Assembly: GCA_038210595.1 (NCBI GenBank)
Contig: JBBQWN010000005.1
Coordinates: 31,862 to 95,861, forward strand
DNA length: 64,000 nt
Reading direction: 5' to 3'
Source: Sphingomonadales bacterium
GTDB lineage: Bacteria; Pseudomonadota; Alphaproteobacteria; Sphingomonadales; Sphingomonadaceae
Within the stretch, counting starts at the first letter, position 1, and every line of letters begins with the position of its first letter. Made by a program: the position numbers and the translations under genes. Under the pieces are notes generated by a model that saw only the letters and a list, made by a program, of their open reading frames with translations, was not told the origin of the DNA and ran no database searches. Of this stretch, positions 19,760 to 27,879 are shown piece by piece.

Positions 19760-21055
19760 CTATTTCATCGGGATCGGCTTGCCTGCTGTCATCACGTAGC
19801 TGACGCTGAGTACAGCCTTCGGATCGCGCTGCGGATCGCCATCGACCGCGATGAGATCGGCGAACTTGCCGACTTCTAGTGTGCCGGTCCTGTCGGCCAC
19901 GCCGAGCAGCTCCGCGGCACCCTTGGTCGCGGCGACCAGTGCGTCCTTCGGCGTCATGCCGTGCTCGACGATCAGCGCTAGCTCCTCGGCATTGCGGCCG
20001 TGCGGATAGACGGCGGCATCGGTGCCGAGAGCGATGCGCACCCCGGCCTTCTGCGCGACGCCGATGTTGCGCCCGACGATCTGCATCGTCTGCAGCGCCT
20101 TGGCCTCGACGTTGGGCGTGTAGAAATTCTTGCCGATGTGCAGCTTCAGACCTTCATAGGCCATCAGCGTCGGCACGAGCCACGTGCCGTGCGCCTTCAT
20201 CGCTGCCGCCGCCTTGGCATCGAGGTACGTGCCGTGCTCGATCGAATCGACGCCGGCATTGGCCGCCGCCTCGATGCCGCGCGCGCCGTGCGCATGCGCC
20301 ATCGCTTTCAGTCCGACGCCGTGCGCGGCATCGACGATGGCCTTCATCTCGGCGTCGGTGAAGTGCTGCTCCAGCCCGATCGCGCCGTCGTCGAGGACGC
20401 CGCCGGTAGCCATGAATTTGATGACATCGACGCCCTTCGCGGCGAGGTGACGAACCGCGACGGCGCACGCCTCGGGCGAGTCGCAGACGCCGGGGTTGAG
20501 CCCTTGCGCATTCATCGCATCGGCGATCTCCGGGCTCAGCCCGACGGCGTTGTCGCCGTGCCCGCCCGAAATCGACAGGGGCGTGCCGGCGACCAGGATG
20601 CGCGGCCCCGGGAACGAACCTTCGGCGACTGCGTCGCGCATCGCCAGGCTGGCGAGCGTCGGGCCGCCAGCGTCGCGGACCGTGGTGAAGCCGGCGCGCG
20701 CCGTGATGAGCGCGTTCTTCAGGCCGGTCGCGGCTGCATAGGGTTCCGAGAACTTGGGCCGCAGCGATGCATACCACGGCAGGCCCGAATCCTGGGTCAG
20801 GTGCACATGGGCGTCGATCAGGCCGGGCATCACGGTCTTGGTCGACAGATCGATCACTTTCGCGCCCGCCGGTGCCGCCATGCCGGCCGGCCCGATGGCG
20901 ACGATGCGCCCGTCAGTGACGACGAGGCTGGACGCTCCCCGCGCCGGCTGCGCCGCATCGGTGACCAAGCGTCCGGCGCGGATAACCAGCGTTTCGGCGG
21001 CGGCGGGCGCGGCGGCGGCAAGCGCCAGCACGGCGGCGGTCAAGACATGGCGCAT
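19760..21055 (-). CDS. Exported amidohydrolase family protein
   Basis: Signal peptide MRHVLTAAVLALAAAAPAAA. PGLIDAHVHL metal-binding motif with downstream HAHG and GTDA motifs. Confidence 0.85.
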   Translation of the reverse strand: MRHVLTAAVLALAAAAPAAAETLVIRAGRLVTDAAQPARGASSLVVTDGRIVAIGPAGMAAPAGAKVIDLSTKTVMPGLIDAHVHLTQDSGLPWYASLRPKFSEPYAAATGLKNALITARAGFTTVRDAGGPTLASLAMRDAVAEGSFPGPRILVAGTPLSISGGHGDNAVGLSPEIADAMNAQGLNPGVCDSPEACAVAVRHLAAKGVDVIKFMATGGVLDDGAIGLEQHFTDAEMKAIVDAAHGVGLKAMAHAHGARGIEAAANAGVDSIEHGTYLDAKAAAAMKAHGTWLVPTLMAYEGLKLHIGKNFYTPNVEAKALQTMQIVGRNIGVAQKAGVRIALGTDAAVYPHGRNAEELALIVEHGMTPKDALVAATKGAAELLGVADRTGTLEVGKFADLIAVDGDPQRDPKAVLSVSYVMTAGKPIPMK

Positions 21056-21177
21056 GATATCCCCTTTTTGGTTGGCCGGACACTAGCTTGCGGACCCGTC
21101 GGTGCAAGCGTCGCCTTGCGTGCTTCTGATCGACCCGCCACAATCGATCGTCACGCGCGCCGGGGAAGGGACATGCG

Positions 21178-22497
21178 TTGCCGCTGAAGCGCTCGCGCTT
21201 GTTCGCCTTTGCCGCACCCTACCTGCCGCTGTCTGCGGTCGGCCTGCCCGCTGTCGTCTATCTGCCGCCTTACTACGCCGCAGAACTCGGCCTGGGCCTG
21301 GAGGCGGTCGGGCTGATCTTTCTCGTTGTCAGGCTGATCGACATCCCGCTCGATCCGGTGCTCGGCCACTTAATTGATCGGACCAAAGGACGGCTCGGGC
21401 GCTTTCGACCGTGGCTGGCGGGCGGCGCGGCGCTGATGGCGGCAGGCGCGCTGGCGGTGTATTTCGCGGTACCCGGGATTTCGGCGGGTGCCGCGCTGGC
21501 CGGGCTGCTGGTTCTGTATTTCGGCTATTCGGCGATGATGGTGGCGCAGACCGCGTGGGGCGCGACGCTGTCCGACGACTATCATGAGCGCAGCCGGGTG
21601 TTCGGCTGGTGGATGGCCCTGACCCAGGTCGGCATGCTGCTGGTGCTGGCGCTGCCGCCGCTGCTACCGCGACTAATCCCGGGCGCGGGGATCGCGTCGG
21701 GCATTCACGGCATGGGTTGGCTGGTCATCGCTGGCGCGCCGCTTACCGCACTATTGTGCCTGTCGGTGCTGCCGGAGCGGGCGCGGACCGGCAACCACGC
21801 CAAGCTGGCTGACTTCGCGCGCGTCGTCGCCAACCCGCTGATGCGCCGCCTGCTGCTCGTTGACCTGCTCGCCAACCTGGCACCCGGGGTCACCGGCGCG
21901 CTGTTCCTGTTCTTTTTCCAGGCGGTGAAAGGATATTCGGCCGCTTCCGCGTCGGCGCTGCTGCTCGTCTACTTCGTCGCCGGTCTCGCGGGCGTGCCGC
22001 TGTGGACCCGGCTCGCGCGTGCCACGTCCAAGCATCGCGCGATCGTCGTCGCCCTGCTGTTCTATTGCGTGACGCAGAGCCTGACCGCGCTGCTGCCGCC
22101 CGGAAACTGGCCCGTGGCAGCGATCGGCATGGCGCTGGCCGGTGTGCCTTATGGTGCCACCGCGCTGTTGCTGCGCGCCATGCTCGCCGACCTGTCCGAT
22201 GCCGAGACGTTGGCGTCGGGCGGCGACAAGACCGCGCTGTTCTACGCCGCTGGGGTCGGCGTGCAGAAGCTGGGCTATGCAATCCCGGTCGGGGTGCTGT
22301 ACCCGGTGCTGAGTGCGCTCGGCTTTGTTGCGGTCAAGGGTGCAGGCAACAGTGCGGACGCGCTGAACGGTCTGACCCTGTTGTTCACCGCGCTGCCCGT
22401 GGTTCTGGCGCTTGCAGCCGCGTGGACCGTGCGTTCCTGGCCGATCGACGCAGCAGCGCAGTCGGCGACAGCGGCCGCGCTTCGCGGCAATGTTTGA
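21178..22497 (+). CDS. MFS transporter of the glycoside-pentoside-hexuronide (GPH/MelB-like) type, TTG start
   Basis: 439 aa and about 12 predicted TM segments. The N-terminal LIDIPLDPVLGHLIDRTKGRLGRFRPWL motif (D-x-x-G-x-x-x-D-R-T...GR.RPW) is characteristic of GPH symporters. GGAAGGGA lies upstream of the TTG. Confidence 0.8.
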   Translation: MPLKRSRLFAFAAPYLPLSAVGLPAVVYLPPYYAAELGLGLEAVGLIFLVVRLIDIPLDPVLGHLIDRTKGRLGRFRPWLAGGAALMAAGALAVYFAVPGISAGAALAGLLVLYFGYSAMMVAQTAWGATLSDDYHERSRVFGWWMALTQVGMLLVLALPPLLPRLIPGAGIASGIHGMGWLVIAGAPLTALLCLSVLPERARTGNHAKLADFARVVANPLMRRLLLVDLLANLAPGVTGALFLFFFQAVKGYSAASASALLLVYFVAGLAGVPLWTRLARATSKHRAIVVALLFYCVTQSLTALLPPGNWPVAAIGMALAGVPYGATALLLRAMLADLSDAETLASGGDKTALFYAAGVGVQKLGYAIPVGVLYPVLSALGFVAVKGAGNSADALNGLTLLFTALPVVLALAAAWTVRSWPIDAAAQSATAAALRGNV

Positions 22498-22506
22498 GTA
22501 ATTATG

Positions 22507-22532
22507 TTGCTATAAGGTCGCCCTTGTAGCAA
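22507..22532. promoter_or_regulatory. Near-perfect 26-bp palindrome TTGCTAtAAGGtcgcCCTTgTAGCAA between the transporter gene and pcs
   Basis: 11 of 13 positions pair by hand alignment. It sits 35 nt upstream of the pcs GTG. A second small palindrome, GGAAactgTTCC (22533-22544), follows. No U-tract. Confidence 0.4.
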
Positions 22533-22566
22533 GGAAACTGTTCCAATCGACTCGCAGGATGTATCC

Positions 22567-25500
22567 GTGGCGCTTCTTGACGACGACCTCACGCTTCGTG
22601 GCCCGGCATCCGCGCCGGCTGTCAACCCGGTCCGCGACCGCTCGGCTTGGGAAGCAATGCGCGCCGCAGTGCTTGCCGATCCCGGCCGCTTCCACGGCGA
22701 CATTGCCGGCGAGACCATCCACTGGCTGATCGACGGCGCCTGGCTGAGCCGCGACGGCGCGACCTGGAAGGGCTGGGACGCCGCCACCGCCGCCCCGGTC
22801 AGCCGCGACCTGGGCGCCGATTTCGCGCCCTGGACCAAGGCCTTCGACAACAGCGACGCGCCGCACTACCGCTGGTTCGCGGGCGCGCAGACCAATGCCG
22901 CGTTCAACGAGGTCGACCGGCATGTGCTCGCCGGCCACGGTGCGGAAGCCGCGCTGATCTTCGAGGGCGACCGCTGGGACATGGCGGCGAACAAGGGCCG
23001 CGGCGGCCCGGTGGACGAGTTTCCCGTCTCCCGCCGCACCCTGCTGCTGGAGAGCGCCAAGTGCGCGCTGGCGCTCAAAGCTTTAGGCCTGAAGCAAGGC
23101 GACAGCATCGCGATCAACATGCCGTCGATCGTGCCCCAGATCTTCTGGACGGAAGGCGCCAAGCGCGCCGGCGTCATCTACACGCCGGTGTTCGGCGGGT
23201 TCAGCGACAAGACGCTGAGCGACCGTATTCATGACGCCGGCGCCAAGGTCGTCATCACCGCCGACGGCGGCTACCGCACAGCGCAGGTCGCAGCGTTCAA
23301 GACCGCCTACACCGACCCGGCGCTCGACAACTACATCCCGGTCGAGGTCGCGCTGCGCTTGATCGACGGCCTCGATTTGCCCGCCGAGCAGAAGGCGGCA
23401 ATCCTCGAGGCCGCGAAGGCAGCGCTGAAGGGCGAAGTCACAGTCGAGCGCTCCGACGTCATGCGCGGCGTCGGCCGCGCCCTGGCGACGCTGGGCCTCG
23501 ACGCGGCAGAATCGAGCCAGGTCCGCATCGCGGTCGCCAGCGCACTGGTCGATTCGCCACCGCGCGTCGATGCCGTCATCGTCGTGAAGCACACCGCGAC
23601 GCCCGACCTGGTGTGGCGCTCGCGCGACCGCTGGAGCCACGAGCTGACCGACGCCGCGGGCAAGGAGATCCTCGCCGCCGCCGGGCTGGCATCGGAAGCC
23701 GACCTGCTGGCGCTGCCCGACGAGGCGTTCGTCGCGGCGATCTGGAAAGCCTGCCCGCCGCTGCCGGTCGATGCCGAATTCCCGCTGTTCGTCATCTATA
23801 CCAGCGGCTCGACCGGCAAGCCCAAGGGCGTCGTCCACGTCCACGGCGGCTATATCGCCGGCATCGCCCACACGATGAAGGTCGCGTTCGACGCGCGCCC
23901 CGGCGACGTGCTGTACGTCGTCGCCGATCCCGGCTGGATCACCGGGCAGAGCTACCTGATCTCGGCGGCGCTGACGACACGCACGACGACGCTGATCACC
24001 GAAGGCTCGCCGGTGTTCCCGCACGCCGGGCGCTTCGCCGCCAGCATCGAGCGCCACGGCGTCACCATCTTCAAGGCCGGCGTCACCTTCCTGAAGTCGG
24101 TGATGAGCGACCCGCAGAACCTGCGCGACCTGCGTTCGTGGGACATGAGCTCGCTGCGCGTCGCGACCTTCTGCGCCGAGCCGACGTCGCCGCCGGTGCA
24201 GGCGTTCGGCATGGCCGAGATCACGCCCTGGTACATCAATTCCTACTGGGCGACCGAGCACGGCGGTATCGCCTGGACGCAGTTCTACGGCGCCGCCGAC
24301 TTCCCGCTGCGCCCCGACGCCCACACCTGGGCGCTGCCGTGGATCGTCGGCGAGGTCCGTATTCCGACCGACGACGCCCTGACCCACGCCAAGTGGCGCG
24401 AGGCGGCGCGCGGCGAGAAGGGCGAGATCGTCATCGCGCGCCCCTATCCCTATCTCGCGCGCACCGTCTGGGGCGATGCCGCCAATGTCGGCCAGCCGGG
24501 CTGGAAGGGTGACGCGGCGCGCTGGGAGGGCAGCTACTGGACCCGCTGGGACGGCGCGCCTGCCTATACCCAGGGCGACTTCGCCGTGCAGCACGAGGAC
24601 GATTCGTTCAGCCTCCACGGCCGCAGCGACGACGTCATCAATGTCAGCGGCCACCGCATGGGCACCGAGGAGATCGAGGGCGCGATCCTGCGCGACCGGG
24701 CACTCGACCCCAACTCGCCGGTCGGCAACGTGCTCGTCGTCGGCGCGCCCGACGCGACCAAGGGCCTGACCCCGCTCGCCTTCGTCGTTGCCTCGCCGGG
24801 CCGCAAGATCACGCAAGCCGACCGCAACCGCCTGACCGAACTGGTGCGCAGCGAGAAGGGGCCGACCGCCGTCCCCGCCGATTATCTGGAGGTCAAGGCG
24901 TTCCCCGAGACGCGTTCGGGCAAATACGTTCGCCGCATGGTCCGCGCCCTGGTCGAGGGCGGCGACCTGGGCGACACCTCGACCCTGCGCAATCCCGAGA
25001 GCCTCGACGACCTGCGCGAGGTGATCACCACCTGGCAGCGCCGCCAGCACCTGAGCGAGACGCAGCAACTGTTCGAGCGCTACCGCTACTTCCGCATCCA
25101 GTACAACACTGTCGCGCCCGGCAAGAAGGTGGCGACGGTCACCATCACCAACCCGCCGGTCAATGCGCTGAACGAGCGCGCGCTCGACGAGCTCAACATC
25201 GTCGTCGATCACCTGTCGCACCGCGACGACGTGGTCGCGGTCGTGTTCACCGGCGAAGGCACCGCGAGCTTCGTCGCGGGTGCCGATATCCGCCAGTTCC
25301 TCGACGAGATTCACGACGAGGACGAGGCGCGCGTCCTGCCCAACAACGCCCAGCTGGCGTTCAACAAGATCGAGGCGATGGACAAGCCCTGCATCGCCGC
25401 CATCCAGGGCGTCGCGCTGGGCGGCGGCATGGAGTTCGCGCTCGCCTGCCATTACCGCATCGCGGAGCCACACGCCCGCTTCGGGCAGCCGGAGATCAGG

Positions 25501-27879
25501 TTGCGGCTGATCCCGGGGTATGGGGGAACGCAACGGTTGCCGCGATTGCTGGCGGCGCATGGCGGGCAGCAGGGACTGTCCACGGCGCTCGAGATGATCC
25601 TGGGCGGGCGCAGCGTCGATGCCGAATTCGCTCTAAATGCCGGGTTGATCGACGAGGTCGTCGACGGCAGCGAGGACGCGCTGAGCCGCGCGCATGCCTT
25701 GGTCCGTGAAATCGTCGGTGGCCGCGAAATTCGCCGCGCCGCCAGCGAGCCGAGCGCCGACCTCGACGCGGCGCTCGCCGACCCGTTCATCGAGAGCATC
25801 GTCAGCCAGCTCCAATGGGCGGGCCGCGCAGATGCCGGCCGCCGCGCCATCGATGCGATCCGCACCGGCTGGACGCAGGGCATCGCGGCAGGCCTGGCGC
25901 GCGAGGCCGACCATTTCGCGGCCGCGGTCGTCCACCCGCAGGGCGGCAAGACCGGCATCCGCCAGTTCATCGACAAGACGAGCCCGGCGCTGCCGGTGCG
26001 GAGCGCGGACGCGGACACCACCGCGCCGCTGCCGGTCGGCGCACCGTTCTTCCCGGGCATCACGCCGCTGCCGACACGCCAGCATGGCTTCGGCATTGCC
26101 CGCGATCCGGCCACCGGGCAGCCGGGTTTCGGCCCGCCGGGTACGCACGAGAAGGAGCTGATCGTCCCGGTCGACGAGCCTGCCGCCAACGACGCGCTCG
26201 TCTACATGCTGACCTCGGAGGTCAATTTCAACGACATCTGGGCGCTGACCGGCATTCCGGTGTCGCCGTTCGACGGGCACGAGAACGACTATCAGACCAC
26301 CGGGTCCGGCGGTGTCGGGCTGGTCGCGGCGCTGGGCTCCGAGGCGCGGGCCGAGGGGCGGTTGAAGGTCGGCGACCTGGTCGCGGTCTATTCGGGGACC
26401 AACGACCTGCTCAGTCCGCAGGTCGGGCGCGACCCGATGTTCGCGGACTTCGCCATCCAGGGTTACGAGACCGAGACCGGCAGCCATGCGCAGTTCCTCG
26501 TCACCCAGGCGCCGCAGCTCCACCACGTCCCGGCCGACCTGACGCTGGAGGCGGCGGGGAGCTATATCCTCAACCTCGGCACCGTCGTCCGCGCGCTGTT
26601 CACGACGCTGGAGATCGAGCCCGGCAAGCGGCTGTTCGTCGAGGGCTCCGCTACCGGCACCGGCCACGACGCGCTGAAGACCAGCATCCGCACCGGGCTG
26701 CACGTGACCGGCCTCGTCTCGTCGCCGAGCCGCGCGGCGTTCGTGAAGGAGGTCGGCGCGGTCGGCGCACTCGACCGGACCGATCCGCGCTTCAAGGCGG
26801 CGTTCACCGCCGTGCCCGAGGACCCGGCAAAGTGGGCGGCATGGGAGGCGGCGGGCCAGCCTTTGCTCGACGAGTATCGCGCCATCAACGACGGGCAGTT
26901 GGCGGACTATGCCGTCAGCCATGCCGGCGAGACGGCCTTCCCGCGCACCTTCCAGCTGCTCGGCGAGGGCGGCATCCTGGCCTTCTACGGCGCGTCGTCG
27001 GGCTATCACTTCACCTATGTCGGCAAGCCGGGTGCCAGCGACCCGACGACGATGCTGCGCCGGGCCAAGCTGCGCGGCGGCGAGGCGGTGCTGCTGTTCT
27101 ATGGCCCGTGCAGCCGCGAACTGGCCGATCCGACCGGCCTCGAGATGATCGAGGCGGCGCGTGCCGCCAAGGCCCGCACCGTCGTCGTCACCACCACCGA
27201 CGGCCAGCGCGAGTTCCTGCAGTCGCTGGGCTTCGAGGATGCCATCGCCGGCATCGTCAGCCTGGAGGATTTAAAGCGCCGCCAGGGCGACCAGTTCGAA
27301 TGGCCCGACGCGATGCCGCGCCTGACGCCGGCGCGCGACGACATCGAGACCTTCCGCAGCGAAGTGCGGGACTATCAGGAAAAGACGCTGAAGCCCTTCG
27401 GCGCGGCGGTCGGGCGGCTGTTGCGCTCCCCCGACAATCCGCGCGGGTCGCCCGACCTGATCATCGAGCGTGCCGGCCAGGATACGCTCGGGGCGTCGAC
27501 GGCGCTGGTCAAGCCGTTCACCGGGCGGGTCGTGTACTCCGAGGACTGCGCCGGGCGGCGCTACTCCTTCTACGCGCCGCAGGTGTGGACGCGGCAGCGG
27601 CGCATCCTGATGCCGACCGCCGAGATCCGCGGCACCCACCTGTGCAACGCCTACGAGGTGACGCGCATGAACGACATGATCGCGGCCGGCCTGCTCGACG
27701 TGACGCCGCCGACGGTGGTGCCGTGGGAGGGCCTGCCCGAGGCGCACCAGTCGATGTGGGAAAACCGCCATTCGGGCGCGACCTATGTCGTCAACCACGC
27801 GCTGCCGGCGTTGGGGCTGCGCAGCAAGGACGCGCTGCTTGAAGCCTGGGCGGCGCAAGAGGCGGAGTCAGCCAAGTGA
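22567..27879 (+). CDS. pcs: Trifunctional propionyl-CoA synthase (3-hydroxypropionyl-CoA synthetase / dehydratase / acrylyl-CoA reductase fusion)
   Basis: 1770 aa. GTG start with AGGA 7 nt upstream. The N-terminus is collinear with my recollection of Chloroflexus aurantiacus Pcs (NP.RDR..WEA.RAA.LADPG.FHG.IA...IHW; APxYRWF.G..TNA.FNEVDRHV; YTPVFGGFSDKTLSDRIH.AGA.VVIT). Ligase motifs are YTSGSTGKPKG and ETRSGKYVRR (about aa 1-840). Crotonase motifs are FVAGADI and GGGMEFALACH (about aa 840-1040). An MDR/crotonyl-CoA-reductase-like domain has VEGSATGTG (about aa 1190-1770). Confidence 0.95.
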   Translation: MALLDDDLTLRGPASAPAVNPVRDRSAWEAMRAAVLADPGRFHGDIAGETIHWLIDGAWLSRDGATWKGWDAATAAPVSRDLGADFAPWTKAFDNSDAPHYRWFAGAQTNAAFNEVDRHVLAGHGAEAALIFEGDRWDMAANKGRGGPVDEFPVSRRTLLLESAKCALALKALGLKQGDSIAINMPSIVPQIFWTEGAKRAGVIYTPVFGGFSDKTLSDRIHDAGAKVVITADGGYRTAQVAAFKTAYTDPALDNYIPVEVALRLIDGLDLPAEQKAAILEAAKAALKGEVTVERSDVMRGVGRALATLGLDAAESSQVRIAVASALVDSPPRVDAVIVVKHTATPDLVWRSRDRWSHELTDAAGKEILAAAGLASEADLLALPDEAFVAAIWKACPPLPVDAEFPLFVIYTSGSTGKPKGVVHVHGGYIAGIAHTMKVAFDARPGDVLYVVADPGWITGQSYLISAALTTRTTTLITEGSPVFPHAGRFAASIERHGVTIFKAGVTFLKSVMSDPQNLRDLRSWDMSSLRVATFCAEPTSPPVQAFGMAEITPWYINSYWATEHGGIAWTQFYGAADFPLRPDAHTWALPWIVGEVRIPTDDALTHAKWREAARGEKGEIVIARPYPYLARTVWGDAANVGQPGWKGDAARWEGSYWTRWDGAPAYTQGDFAVQHEDDSFSLHGRSDDVINVSGHRMGTEEIEGAILRDRALDPNSPVGNVLVVGAPDATKGLTPLAFVVASPGRKITQADRNRLTELVRSEKGPTAVPADYLEVKAFPETRSGKYVRRMVRALVEGGDLGDTSTLRNPESLDDLREVITTWQRRQHLSETQQLFERYRYFRIQYNTVAPGKKVATVTITNPPVNALNERALDELNIVVDHLSHRDDVVAVVFTGEGTASFVAGADIRQFLDEIHDEDEARVLPNNAQLAFNKIEAMDKPCIAAIQGVALGGGMEFALACHYRIAEPHARFGQPEIRLRLIPGYGGTQRLPRLLAAHGGQQGLSTALEMILGGRSVDAEFALNAGLIDEVVDGSEDALSRAHALVREIVGGREIRRAASEPSADLDAALADPFIESIVSQLQWAGRADAGRRAIDAIRTGWTQGIAAGLAREADHFAAAVVHPQGGKTGIRQFIDKTSPALPVRSADADTTAPLPVGAPFFPGITPLPTRQHGFGIARDPATGQPGFGPPGTHEKELIVPVDEPAANDALVYMLTSEVNFNDIWALTGIPVSPFDGHENDYQTTGSGGVGLVAALGSEARAEGRLKVGDLVAVYSGTNDLLSPQVGRDPMFADFAIQGYETETGSHAQFLVTQAPQLHHVPADLTLEAAGSYILNLGTVVRALFTTLEIEPGKRLFVEGSATGTGHDALKTSIRTGLHVTGLVSSPSRAAFVKEVGAVGALDRTDPRFKAAFTAVPEDPAKWAAWEAAGQPLLDEYRAINDGQLADYAVSHAGETAFPRTFQLLGEGGILAFYGASSGYHFTYVGKPGASDPTTMLRRAKLRGGEAVLLFYGPCSRELADPTGLEMIEAARAAKARTVVVTTTDGQREFLQSLGFEDAIAGIVSLEDLKRRQGDQFEWPDAMPRLTPARDDIETFRSEVRDYQEKTLKPFGAAVGRLLRSPDNPRGSPDLIIERAGQDTLGASTALVKPFTGRVVYSEDCAGRRYSFYAPQVWTRQRRILMPTAEIRGTHLCNAYEVTRMNDMIAAGLLDVTPPTVVPWEGLPEAHQSMWENRHSGATYVVNHALPALGLRSKDALLEAWAAQEAESAK

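Noticed and set aside
22507-22532. Palindrome upstream of pcs read as a rho-independent terminator of the transporter gene
   Set aside because: There is no U-tract after the stem, and it has a very small loop with two mismatches. An operator interpretation is preferred, but termination is not excluded.
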